Source: Paraspadella gotoi
Taxonomy: Eukaryota; Animalia; Chaetognatha
Length of the DNA: 64,000 nucleotides
Reading direction: 5' to 3'
NCBI GenBank assembly: GCA_051294375.1
Contig: CM119269.1
Coordinates: forward strand, 7,545,446 to 7,609,445
A model generated the notes under the pieces. It was not told the DNA's origin and did no database searches. It worked only from the letters and a program-made list of their open reading frames with translations. Shown here one piece after another: positions 13,906 through 27,397 of this stretch. A program made the translations under genes and the position numbers. Each line of letters opens with the position of its first letter. Positions within the stretch are counted from its first letter, which is position 1.

Positions 13906-16900
13906 TCATGGAAACTCTTTCCACAGCCAAGAATAGTCTCGAACGGGAATCGATTCCAGAATCCCGTCCCAATCGTCCGCGTCCGGTCTCTTAACGTTAT
14001 GCGACTCCGACTCGTCTCTGATTTCCTGTTTCGTTTGTTTCGACGTATCTGTCGTCGAGGATTCCTTCGTCGTCGTCGTCGTCGTCGCGGGCGATAGCAG
14101 CAGCGCAGAGTGCAGCCGCGAGCAAAGCGACTCCAAAGGCGGAAGGACGTGCGCTGGAGTCGCAAGAGTCTCGTCCACGAAGCGGCGGAGCGGATGACCG
14201 GGAACGGATTCCTACGAAAGGTGAAAGGGAAAAGAGATAATAGAATAAAGATTAAGGAAAAATAACAAATAATAAACTCACCTTTGCAACGACCGCTTCT
14301 TTCGTCACGTCCGTCCTCGTTTCTTCGGCGACCAACGCCCCAAAAGTCGTCCGCTGCTCCATCCTCTTCACCCTCACCCCCATTTCCTCCATTTTCTCTC
14401 CCTCTTCTTCCTCGTCCAATCCCATGAGTTCCTGCTCTTCGGTGAGCAACAAAAGTCTCGACGCTCTTCGCCACTCGGCGACTCCCTCTCCTGCAGGGCG
14501 GACGCGCGGTTCGAAAATGGCGGAGATGACGGTTGAAGAGGAGTCAAGGGGAATGGACTCGACGAGCAAAGGAGAATCCGGGCGGAAAACGCGAACCCAG
14601 TTGCCCTCCACTACGGCCATGTAAGGGGAGAGGGGATCCCGGATCTGGGGGGAAGGACGGAGAAAAGAAAAATGGAATATGTGGGTTACTAATAAATATA
14701 AAGAGACTTACCAATTGCGTGACGGTGAGGTCCTCGAACCAGTCCACGCCCAGCGTTAAAGCGTTATAAACGACGAGCGACTTCCGGGTGGCGTAGACGA
14801 AGAGATGTGAAGCAAGACGCCGCCCACATTTGACGGCGCGGATGATGCTTCCATCTGTCTTGTCGGGGTTTGCGTGCGAATCCTGTTAAAAGAGAAAATG
14901 TTTTGTTTCTTAATTCTTATAAAGGGAGAACTCCCCATTGGGCATGGACAATGGACAAACCTTGAGTTCGCAAGATTCCGAGGTCCACAGAGTCAAAAAT
15001 CTGCCAAAGGCGACGGCCAAGATGGAACCGTCCTCGGAGAACCCGAGGTCGTTGGCGTCCTGACCCTGGAAGACGGCGACGGCTTCGTTGCTCCAAAAGC
15101 TCTGCTTCCCGTCGACGTCCTCTTCCTCCACGAAGCACCACAGCTTCGCCTTTCCATCCACGCCCGCCGTCGCCAACATTGGGGCGTCGTAGAACTCGCC
15201 GTAGCCTCTGCGGAAAGAGAAGACTATTAACATACTTTTTAATAATTTTAAATAATTTTTTTGAAACCATCATCGATTCGCACCGAAATTCGATCCGCGT
15301 GACTTCGCCGCTGTGAGGTTGGTTGAGAATGGTGTTAAGCTTGAACGATTTCGACTTGTCGTCGTGACGCCAAATCTTGATTCGCAGTTGGCGGGAAAAT
15401 TCAGCCGTCTTCCACTGTTCGACCTTCGAGAGAGGCGCGGCAACGTATTAATAATGGAATGCTGTGTTAAAAACTGAACCAGGCCGACTACACCAAAAGA
15501 AACCAACCGGCTACGACTTGGTTTTTCCCAACATCCAATCCCTTTGATTATTTCTATTCTTACCGTCGCCAACCAATTTCCCGCGTCGTCGATGGCCACG
15601 TGTTCGATCCAAGCCGACGCATCGATTCCGGTCAGCGTCTCCGGAGAAACGTAGTTCAGTCCGAGGACGTCGAGAGAGTAAAGGTGTTGACGTCGACTGT
15701 GGTCGTAGAACTGAAGGTGACCCGGAAAACCGTTGAAGACGAGGCAGCGGGACTTGGGGTCGCGGTGAAGGCCGGTCTGGACTCGAGATGACCGGAGGAC
15801 GGCGGGGAGAGGGAGGGAGGAGTCCTGAAAAACAAGATTTGATATGATTAACATAAGTCTAGGATATTTAAAAACGTATGGTCCTGAGGGAACATACTTT
15901 ATTTAAATAGCTATAGACAGATATTACAATTAAAAAGCACGTTTCGAGGTGAAAGTTCGAGGTGAAAACGAATTTCACTCCATCGGGTCGCTGACGACCT
16001 ACCAGCTTCTCCGTCACTTTCGCCGCCTCTCGAAAGGGACAGGCGACGAGGCCGCGGAACCGCTGGACCACTTCTCGCGTCGACGCCACGAGGCAGAGGG
16101 AGTTGTCCGAATGGCCCGTCAAGTAAAAGTCGTTGTTCGGAGAGACGGTGATTCGCGTAATCGCCGCACCCATTCGAGGAACGAACTGCAGTTCCGACTT
16201 GCAGTTGAGATTCCAACGAACCATCACGCACTCGCGGCCGCCTGATGAAAATACCGAAATTGGACGACATGATCCTAGATCGACCTCGAGCAGACTATTG
16301 GAGATAGGACAAGCTTGGGAAGGGGAAGACCTACCCGAAAGAAAGTGGTTGCCGTCCTTTGTAAAGGCGGTGGAAAGAACGGGCAAGTGGTGCCAGTGAT
16401 AAATGACTCGAGTGGGTCTCTTGGTATTGGCCTCGCGAAAGACGAGGATCATCCCGTTCTTGCATCCGACGATGACGATCGGGAGACGAGGATGACAGGA
16501 GACGCAGGTCATCGAATCCTTAAAGTTGCGGTGACAACTGGGAAGGGAGGAAATGTCGGTTATAATAGACGATGAGGGAAAGCGTGTTATACGTTGATAC
16601 GATCACAAAACTCACAAAAACTGTTTTGCGTTGGTGTCGTGAACGTAAAGAAACTTCTTCTTCTCGGGATTGACGGCGGCGACTATTGAGCCGCCGCAAC
16701 CGACGTCGATGAGATCGGGACGAATGATCGCTTCAGTTTCATTAGTGTTGGTCATTAGAACCTCGTCCATGACCGCCGCATCGTCTAGTAAAAAGATTAA
16801 ATTCTTCTTAAAATCAACTACTTAGACGATTAGGGATTATAACAATCTATTATTGAGATAGAGATAAAAAAAAAAACAACCAATTAGTAGAAAGGGTAAA

Positions 16901-17452
16901 CTTATTTTACTCGTGAGCTCGGGAGCGTTTCCGGACAACAGATGAAGTTTGGATTTTTCGCCGTCCCTCGAGAGGACGAGGAAGAGCCGTTCTTTTCTTC
17001 CTCCTTCCTCGGAGTCTCTCGATCCGCCGAAGAACAGGCCGTGAATTCCGGAGGGGCGGAAGGCCGACTCGAGTCTCGTCTCCACGACGAACCGCTTGAG
17101 GAGGATTCCATCCTCGAAGTCCCAGAGGGCGAGTGTTATGTCGACGGAGGAGGAGTAGATCTGACATCGATTTGTAGGATTGAGGACGACGCCGGTGACG
17201 AGGTCCGTGTGAACTGCAGAGAGAGAACAACAAATTGATATTGAGAAAAAGACAGTAAGGAGTGAGAGAGAGAAAGTTAATTTTCCCACCTTTTAAATCC
17301 CGGAGAACGTCACCAGTGGCAGCAACAAAGACGCGAACCAACTTGCCGCAGCAACAAAAGACATACTTGGCATCTCGCGAGACACAGGGTTTCGAGGCGA
17401 GCAGGCCCCCGCCCGCCTCTACGTGAAATCGAGGTCTGGTAGAAGAGGTCAT
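13906..17452 (-). CDS. WDR75: WD40-repeat ribosome biogenesis factor WDR75/Utp17, ~10 exons
   Basis: N-terminal GG..L..P..S.D.KY, YHWHHLPV, SGGRECVMVRW, NGFPGHLQFYD, and C-terminal TPAHVLPP...DYSWL, all characteristic of WDR75; splices into one frame. Confidence 0.9.
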
Positions 17453-17641
17453 TGTCACTCGCTCTTACATCGCTATTAGAAAAAAAAATCGAAAAAACAA
17501 ATGTAAGACAAAGCGATCAAACATAAAAACAACCGGAAACACAATGTCTTTACAGAGAGAATACGGGAATGACTAGACAAAAGGCGTGGAATAAATAAGA
17601 ATCAAAATCACAGTTTTGTTTTGGTTTTCATTATTAACGAA

Positions 17642-20600
17642 TCAAGGACGCAGAGCGAGGCGCTTCATTTCCTGGTCGAGCTTCTTTGTCATGTTGATGG
17701 CGATTTTAGCGTCTTCGCCCTCCATCCGCTCAAGTGCCGCCAGCGCCGCCTCACGGACGTCTGAGATGGGCTCGTTGCGCCAAACGTCCACCTTAATAAA
17801 AGAGGAAGCGAAAGAAAACTAAACTTTGTCAACCCTCCCTTCATTTTATTGATCGACAGTTCAAATATTTAACGTGGTTGAGAATACATGGAGACAATTT
17901 TAAAACTGCCGCTAAAAAAGCGACCATTTTCAAACCCGTAAACATTTTTTAAAATATTAAATTATGGCAACGGGAGGATAGCCTGTGATACCCGGGGCGC
18001 GGGGTATCTCACCAACTGGCGTAGGGGCTGCGGACCCTCAGTGACCGCCTCCTGTCACTGGCATGTTTAATTGTTTATTAATTGTTTATACCGGCACCGT
18101 CACATTTAAGCCAGAACCGGGATACCCAGGGATTGAACCCGGGACGCACGGATGGAATGAGATGATTTTGCCTGCTCAGCCATTGAGACGAGGCTGAGGA
18201 CGGACAGCAGTGAGGCAGCTTTAAGTCTAGCTGCCACAAAATACTAATTGAAAGGTAAAAACCAAAACTGTGTAATAGCGCTGATGAAGGCTAATACAAT
18301 AGCCAAAACAATTTTTTTCTTTTAAAAAAAATATTAAGAGAAAAAAAAATTTAAAACAAAATTAGAAAATGAAAGCCTATTTTCGAAACTAACTTTGTCC
18401 GCTGATCTCTCGAAGCATAACTTAAGAATTGTACTTTCTCTTACCAAAGTCTTGACGGCATCGGCGGCTTTAAGATGACCGAGCGAAATGCAGGCGGCCT
18501 GGCGGACGAGGCGGTCGGCGTCCCGAATCATCGGTAATAGACGAGAAACGATCGCTTTCACGTCAGGAGTCTCCTTGCATCGGCCTAGTAAGGTTTATAG
18601 GAGATATTCCTAAAGTTATCTACTTGTCCGCGGTTATTTTGTTTTTAGTCGAAAGCCTCACCCAGAGCGAGTGTGGCGACGGTTCTGACGTTGGGATCGG
18701 CGTCGTCCAGCAGTTCGGTTAGGCTTGCGACAATCTCAGGCGTTTGGTAGCTGCCCAAGTTTTGGATGGCGACTAAACGGACAGAACTGTCCATGTGAAA
18801 AACCTGGTCGGGAATTCGTGATTGCTTAATTGTTGTATATTTGAATATTTATTTTAATTTGAAAAAAACCAATGGACCAAAAGTTGATGGTAAACCTCGT
18901 TTACCTTTAGCATGGACAATTTGCCAATGGCCAATTCCTTGACGCGATTATAAAAAGCGTCGGCAACGTTAAAAGGGGCGCGGTTGTTGTAGGAGGCGCA
19001 GATGGCGTTGTAGACTTCACGGTGGATCGAACCCGTCTCGCGGAAGAGATCCTTGGTCACGAGATGGCGGAACCATTCCTCCGCGGATGAACGTCCCTCC
19101 TGCTGCTGCCGATGATGATGAAGCTGGTGGTGTTCTTGCAACAGTTCGACGGCAGAATCGTCGACGTTCTTCGTCAACGTCGACCCGTAAGAATCCATGA
19201 AGGCGGCGACGAAGCGATCGGTGGCGACGGTCGACTCTTCCGGGAAATGAACGTCCCAGAAATCAATACCCTCGGGAAGAGCGAGAGAGCGAAATAGAAA
19301 AGTTACGAACAAAACAAGCGAAAAATAAGACGCCATCACAAAATTAAATAACTTACTTCGAAAGTCCCAGACATTATGTCGTTCTGTTGAATAGACAAGT
19401 TACGTCTGAGCGTGATGTAGACTCTTTGTCGCGGTTCTGTCATGCTAGAGAGAAATAAGAGTCGTTTGTACGTTACATACTTCGATCACGATCGATGAGA
19501 ATGTAGCAGAGAAATTTGTAGTTCATTTCAAATGAGATCGAGTTCTTTAATATCATTTACATATTGTAGCTGTTTAGATTATTTCTCCTATCTTTTCATA
19601 GAGATTTCATAGTAGGCTTATTTTACGATTTTAGCAATACATTAATACGTTTTTAGTAATAATTTAATTTCCCAATTATTATTCGAATTGTAGAAGGTGA
19701 AAATAGTAAGAATGAAAATAAGAAGAAGGTGAAGAATTGTGACGTTGTAAGAGAAGTAGAAAACAAGTGAGCTCTCTCCTGATCCACTTTTATCAACGCC
19801 CGGACCGACTTGACCTTACGGTCTCGTTGTTCCTAATACTTTGTCCGGTCAGTCGAAAACGAAAATTGACTGATCGTGAAATAGGCCGTGTAACTAAGTA
19901 AATCTTCTTTACTAATTAAACCGCATATTTAGGCTTGATAAATAAAATAATCGATCAATCACGCAGCTATCAGAAGGTTACTTATCATTTAGTCGGGTTC
20001 ACCAATGAAGAAGACGAAAATAGTAAGAATAAAAATATGGTGAAGAATTGTGACATTGTAAGAGAAGTAGAAAAGAAGTGAGACGAGCTTGGTCCTATTA
20101 CTTTTTCCGGTCCGTCTAAGGTCATAGCAAACTGACCATGAGGATTGACCGGCTCTGAACAAATAGGAGAGAGGAAGGATTCAGAGAGAGATACCGGTCG
20201 TAAGTCGCCTCAGAATATGCGAAAGAACCGCAAATTAATCTCCAACGAGATTTGTCAAGGTAGCGAATGGGAAAAGAAGTGTGACGATATAGAAAGTCCT
20301 TCGGTTTTATATATATTGCCGTGAGCCACCTTCGACCGCTGGCGAATCCCATAAATCTGTCTCCAACATATATCACCTGCTGTATTCAATATCGAACTCG
20401 TTCTCATCTGTCAATCGGTTATCGTCTGTCGGAGAAAAGATGTCGTCATCCACCTGAAGTAAATTTAATTCAAATTGTTGATTTGGGTTGATTACATCGA
20501 GATAATAAATTATTATAATGACCTACCATGTTCAACGAACCGATGGCTTCGGAGACGCTGTCGGCCATTTCCGGCAGATGCTTGTCCCAGTCTTCCTCAA

Positions 20601-21324
20601 CCACGAAAAAAGTCCAGTTGAGTTTGGCCAGCAACATCTTCATGGCGCTGTCCAAGAAGGGTTCCAAGTCTTGATAACTCTCCACACCGAGTGGAATGAT
20701 CGTTTTTCCTGGCGACGAAAAAAAATAAGAGGGTCATTTGGTGGCGAATCAATCTGCAAATGAATAAATGTCCGATCATAAATGAATCCACTGATGAATA
20801 AAACCGATGAACGAATCCACGGAAGTTTCTTCCCGACAAACTTACCGGAGATATAAGCCAGAGCGGCCTCGTCCTTGCAAGGGGCGTGGGAGAGAGAGGC
20901 TTGACTGACAATGAACATGAATATTTTAGTGTCGAGAACTGCTTTGCCTTTGAGCCGCGCGTTGTGCAAATCGCTAGAGTTGGGGTCTGCGTGCCAAACC
21001 TGAGTGGGTAAGAGAGGGATAAAGGAATAGAGAATATAAAGCCAACCGGTTAACCGATGAGCCGTCGGTTTGAGGAGAAATTACCGAGAATCCCCGCTCC
21101 TCTAAGTAAGGTAAAATCCTGTCCAACAATCTCGCGTTGGAAGAATGATAGGAAATCATGATGTCGCATCTTCCGCTTCGAGGCGATGCGTCACGGGACG
21201 GCAGACGTGACGCGTCTGAAGGACCGGACGGCGTTGGATTCTGAGAGAACGGGGGAGACGGGGGAGCGGGGGAGAGGACCGACGTCGACGACCAGGTGGA
21301 CGAAGGCCGCGTCTTGGACACCAT
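17642..21324 (-). CDS. Uncharacterised TIR-domain / HEAT-repeat protein, 9 exons
   Basis: Exons 21324-21085, 20999-20846, 20708-20527, 20453-20377, 19445-19357, 19270-18905, 18803-18662, 18585-18445, 17791-17642. TIR motifs DIMISY, GFSVW, FMFIVS, CKDEAALAY, GKTIIPL; C-terminal HEAT/PBS repeats (LDDADPNVRTVATLALG, DADRLVRQAACISLG, DVREAALAAL). Confidence 0.8.
17960..18195 (-). mobile_element. tRNA-derived SINE, family B, in the last intron of the TIR-HEAT gene
   Basis: Minus strand A-box TGGCTGAGCAGG, B-box GGTTCAATCC, tail ...CCCGTTGCCATAATTTAAT. Confidence 0.7.
18281..18309 (+). ncRNA. Decayed hammerhead core
   Basis: CTGATGA-A-GGCTA-ATACAA-TAGCC-AAAA-C; GAAA mutated to AAAA, no stem I/III. 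Confidence 0.4.
19699..20115 (+). repeat. Imperfect ~70-bp direct duplication inside a TIR-HEAT intron
   Basis: GAAAATAGTAAGAAT...GGTGAAGAATTGTGAC.TTGTAAGAGAAGTAGAAAA.AAGTGAG at ~19699-19771 and ~20017-20082. Confidence 0.8.
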
Positions 21325-22024
21325 AGTGTCCGTCACAAAGAGCGATTATCAACAACGCACTAGTTAAGGTGAATGAATGTTGGCTTCAAACAATTCTAAA
21401 AGATAGAGACATTGTAAAAAAAAACACAAAAAATAAGAAAAATACCAAATTTCTAGCTGCGAACAATAAAACGTAAAACTTTGCAAAAGAACACAAAACA
21501 ATACAACTATCTGTGTTAGAGTATAGATTGACAAACGATGGCACGTTAATACTTTTTTTCGGTTATTTAAAAAAAAAATTTGGACAATGGACATTTACTG
21601 GCTATAGATATGGCAACGAAAAAATTAAATTTGAACAAAAATGAGCTGAATTCATATTACCAGTTGATACTAGTTTTATTGAAAAATCCAATATTTAAGT
21701 TTTTATTCGAGTATAAACAAAATAAACCAAAACAAAATAAATACAGCAGATTTCAAATAACTACCTCGTAGGATGAGCACACGAGTAGACCAAATGCTTT
21801 GAGCAACAACCAAAAAAAAAAAAAAGCTGGTAGTCGTTAACTTAGATAACAGACATAATAAGAATGTGTTATAAAATTAAAACTACATGATTGACACATA
21901 CAAAACGTAAACTAACTGCCAAAAAAAAGGAATAAGTCATCCAAGATCGTCTTGAACGAAAAAAGCGAAATACTACGTTTCGCGGATGAACGTTGACTAG
22001 ATTATTGAGCGAGCATTCCTCGGC

Positions 22025-23618
22025 CTAATCAGCGGAGGGCATGCACTTGAGAACTTGAAAAGCCTCCCGTTCGAGTTTCTCGCGGTGATCGGGATGTGCG
22101 ATGCGGATGAGATGATGAGCGCGTTGGCGGTAATTCTTGCCGAACAAAAAGGCGACACCGTATTCGGTGACGACGTAGTGGACGTGGGCTCGCGTGGTGA
22201 CGACGCCGGCGCCCGGCTTCAATGCCGGAACAATCTTCGACTCTCCCTTGTTGGTCGTGGAGCGCAGGGCGATGATGGGCTTCCCCTTTCCGTCGCTGCA
22301 GAGCGACGCCCCCCGGATGAAGTCGATCTGGCCGCCGATGCCAGAGTAGATCTTGTGGCCGATGGAGTCAGCGCAGACTTGGCCCGAGAGGTCGATCTCG
22401 ATGCAAGAGTTGATAGCCGTAACTTTCGGGTTCTGATAAATTTAATAATTTAATAATTCGTATTCGTCTGGTTAATGTTAACTACAATTGCAGCTTGTAA
22501 AATTAAATATATACAAAGTTACTGAATTTTTTAAAATTTCATACTTAAAGAAAAATAAAGTGAAATAAAATAAAATTTAGCCATAAAATGTACAACTGCT
22601 CAAAGCTTGAATGTTTTCAAAGCACCTGCATTATGACCGACGTATGGTTGACGAAATTGCATCTCTTGAAGACGACAAACGGGTTGTCATTGAGGAAGTC
22701 AAAAAGTCTTTGCGTCCCCACGCAAAAGGAGGAGACGATTTTGCCGGGTGAGATTGCCTTGTGAACGTTGGTGATGCATCCTTTCTCTGCCAGATCAACA
22801 ACCCGGTCAGAGAACATCTCCGTGTGAATACCCAAATCCTTGTGACCCGAGAGTTGAGTCAGAGCGGCGTCGGGAATCGCGCCGATACCCATCTGCAACG
22901 TGGCGCCGTTCTCCACGAGATCGTTGGCGATGTGGCGCCCGATGGCGTTGTCGGCCGGCGTCAACTCGGGTATCTTCATTTGCGGCATGGGGGCGTCGTG
23001 ATGGACAAGGGCGTCGATGTGAGAGATGTGGATGAAGCCGTCGCCGAAGGTTCTAGGGAGATTCTTGTTGACTTGAGCGATGATGTATCGAGACTTTTTG
23101 AGAGCGGAACGAGTGATGTCGATGCTGGAGCCGAGGCTGCAGTAACCGTGAGCGTCGGGAGGGGTGACGGAAATGAGAGCAACGTCGGGCTCGACCAGCC
23201 CGCGCTGGAACAGAAGTGGAATCTCCGAGAGAAAGATGGGAACGGCGTCCGCACGACCCTCGTTGACGGCGCGTCGCGCGTTGGAGGCCGTGAAGTAACT
23301 CTGGGCGCGGAAGATGCCGTCGCATTCTGGGTCCATGTAACGACCCGGACCCTCGGTGTGAATGTGACACACTTTCACATTCTTGAGTTCTTTGGCTTTA
23401 CCGTGGTCCGCCATCGCGTTGGCGAGGTGGTTCGGGGTCGCGGAAGTTCCGTGCAGGAAGACAACGTCGTTACTGGCGATTTTGGCGACGGCCTCTTCAG
23501 CGCTCATAACTGAGGGCATCTTGTTGGCGATAGGATGGAATGGCTCGGCCGTGTCGCTCCAGAAAGTCCGGGCGACGCATCGTCCTAGCAACAGACTTTG
23601 CACGCGTCTTGAGAACAT
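22025..23618 (-). CDS. Mitochondrial acetyl-CoA hydrolase/CoA-transferase (4-hydroxybutyrate CoA-transferase / ASCT family), 2 exons
   Basis: Exons 23618-22626 and 22432-22025; motifs TLQMGIGAIPD, LGIHTEMFSD, SGIGGQIDFIRG, VVTEYG, IAHPDHRE; presequence-like N-terminus. Confidence 0.93.
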
Positions 23619-24484
23619 TTTTGAGAATTTCTTCCTGTAAGTACTACAAAAACAACAATTGATAATGGAGATGGTTATTTAAAAAGCAAAATAGGTGAAA
23701 AACGAAATTAGAAAAGAAGCCATGCAAGAATCCGGTAGCCGGTTACAAGCGAATCATGCTCATAGTTAACGATTTTGAGGACCTATCACTTGCTGGAAAA
23801 TAATTTCAAGGACAATTTTAGTATTAAAATCGTAAAAGTAGTAAAACCAGCCTTTTTTATCTAACGAAATCGATAAACTTGAATTAATACGGATACATCC
23901 TTCGCAACGTGCTTTTATGGTAAGTCATTTTTGGCTTTCGGGAGAATATCCAGCGGCGGCGGAGAAAACGGCTGCTGCGACTGCGCTGTTCTACGGAAGA
24001 AAACCTACAGCGTTTAAGCTATAAAATAGAATGGAATTAATGGCAATTGTCAAGAATATTGTTTTGGTAAGAGTATGAATTAGTGTCTCGCAGCCTAAAC
24101 AACTGCAGCAGAGGTGGAACCTTCTGTTAACAATATAATTATCAACAGCATCGGAAAGCTAAACAATCGACGGTATATGCGGCAGCAGCCGCAGAAAATA
24201 ATTCAGCCTCGGCAGCTGTTCCACGCGCTGCAGCTCCGGAGTTTTTCCAGAGAAGTGGAGGAGGAGGAGGAGGAGTAGAAGGAGGCGGGCCAGCCTCGCC
24301 TGGTTGGCTTCCGCCTGTCTCCTTTACTTCGCCTGGGCTTGATACTCTATTCACATTTATTCGTGACGTGATTACGCCAGAGTTGTCGAATATTTCTTCA
24401 ACGAGTGGCAATTATGACAAATAGGGAACTATCAATGATCAATCATTGTCTGAAAATATGCTTCGTCGAACAACGCAATAAGCA

Positions 24485-24706
24485 TTGTTGCAGTCAATAG
24501 TATCAGCCTGGGACGCTGATGCAGCCCTCCACATTCGTAAAATTGGTCTGGCACTGGCAAGGCAAACTGGACGCGAAGGAGGCGAAACAGTTCATCTCTT
24601 CCAGTGCCTCGGAATTTTATTGATGAAGGGAAACGCCGCCCTCCTTCTCAGCCGCAATCCCTCTCACCCGACTGCAGATGTTGATGGCGACGTCGATCAT
24701 GAATGA
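24485..24706 (+). mobile_element. 3' fragment of a CRE-clade (RLE-type) non-LTR retrotransposon ORF
   Basis: Translation AW...LHIRKIGLALARQTG...HLFQCLGILLMKGNAALLLSR resembles the FQRLSxxxQRGNAA C-terminus of CRE-type elements; recognised from memory. Confidence 0.6.
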
Positions 24707-25067
24707 CTCCTGAAATGACTCATTATCTCTCCATCTCAACATCTGTTAGAATTTTTCTGTGATAGTCAATTCTGTGATTCTCCGTATTTTTTTTTTTTTT
24801 TTTTTTTTTGGATGCCCTTTTGGACGACCAGTCTACCTCATTTGTTTTGTTGTCTCTTTTTCTTTTCAGAAAAAAAAAATCAGTATTAATCTATATTTAA
24901 TCCTCTGAAATTTAGCACCCTTTCGTTTAAAGTGACTAACGTCCTCGAATTAATGTTCTTTGTCAGTAATGTTACGCTTATTGATTTAATTTTTTTCCTA
25001 AAATGCTTTTGATTGATTTAACTAGTAGAATTGCAGGCACCCAGAATTTGGACTTAAATATTGAACA

Positions 25068-25986
<919 letters not shown>

Positions 25987-27281
25987 TCTGGACGAAGGGC
26001 GGAACGCGTCGTCGCTCGTCGGATGCGTCGGCGGCGAAGAATGGCCACTTATTTCCCTCTCCCCCTCTCTACACTTTTTACGTTCGAATACTATTGCTTC
26101 GAGGTTTTTGCTATTGTCGCTTTTATTTAGATTCCACTCTGTTCTCAAAAAATTGTGTTACTTTCCACGCCGCGGCGAGACAAATGGACAGTTATTTTAA
26201 CGCCGAATTATTAGCTAATTAGCCGTTGATTTCAAAAGAATGAGTGGTCGTCAGTCCATAGAGGTTTCGCATTTAGTTGGATAATTTCACTTCAAAATGG
26301 AAACGAACCAGGAAGGAAAATGTTCCCATACTTTTGTCTAAATTCTAAGAGAATTCTTGACGTTGTTGATGACAAACAACCAGTCGTTGATCTCACAAGC
26401 AGAAACTTGAGCTGTTCTGGACAATGTGTCGGATTTGCAAAAAAAAAAAAAAAAAAAAGATAAACGACTAAAGAAAATATTACCGATCGGGGTTATACAC
26501 CTTAAATGATTAATTCGCCATAGTAACCCTTGTGCTTTGTAATTTTAAGGGATGTGAATTTTGCAAAGAAATTATACCTGCCTAATGATTTTTACGAATC
26601 CGACCTGAAACTTCGACTTGGTATCGAAGCTTGTTTTCTTCAAGTGTTCCTTTGTTTATGGTGACTTTTTTCAATTTCCCTTGGATAGCCTCGGCGAAGG
26701 TACTTTGATTTGAAAAATATGTCTCGAACATGTGCCAATTGTATTGAAATTGTACACTTTTATTATTAATTCCTCCTTCATAATCTTATCATTGCCTAAT
26801 TTAATGTTTCATTTTTCATTTTAAGATAGTAGGATATAACTTTGAAATTCATGCGATTAAAATTGATCACTAGCGTAATAACGACGGTTTTTCATCACTC
26901 TTTACCATTTTGGTCGCAGTCGACCTTAAATGTTTTTACCAAAGACGTAATCTTCAATCTTCCTCCTAAACTTTTGACTTATCGGCGAATTGTGACAATT
27001 CGATCCCTGATGATTATATAATTTATGAAATTGGTACAACCAATAAGAAAATTATCTATTCATTTAATAAATAAGCTATCTTGCCCCTGACTTTGGATAG
27101 GCTTTGGTGGTTTAAGGCCTCCGTCATTTTTACAAGATAATGACATAGCAAGCTTTCAATCAAGATTCTCTCACAGTCTCGTTTATTCACTCACATTATA
27201 TTTCGACTTCGAAGTTAAGACTAGTTCACCGGTTATAAAATTATTTTATTAAATCATCTCCTCTAGGTCCAATCTCACAAT

Positions 27282-27384
27282 ATGGCTCTATTTTAAAACA
27301 AAACGCACTCCTTACTAAAAAAAAATGGATCTCACGACTGAATCGTTAAGTTTAACATCGACACGTACTAGTTGGAGTGAGTAA
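27282..27384 (+). promoter_or_regulatory. Two upstream ORFs before the C/EBP start codon
   Basis: uORF1 27282-27296 (MALF*); uORF2 27325-27384 (19 aa), ending 13 nt before ATG 27398. Confidence 0.55.
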
Positions 27385-27397
27385 GTTTACACACATT

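Noticed and set aside
18113-18195. tRNA gene (also 63907-63975 and 8262-8330)
   Set aside because: A/B boxes are present but no clean cloverleaf; they continue into shared repeat bodies, so called SINE heads.
20122-20376. 84-aa intronic ORF as an extra exon or LINE remnant
   Set aside because: It merely reads on from a donor; flanking exons join in frame without it and no motif is recognisable.
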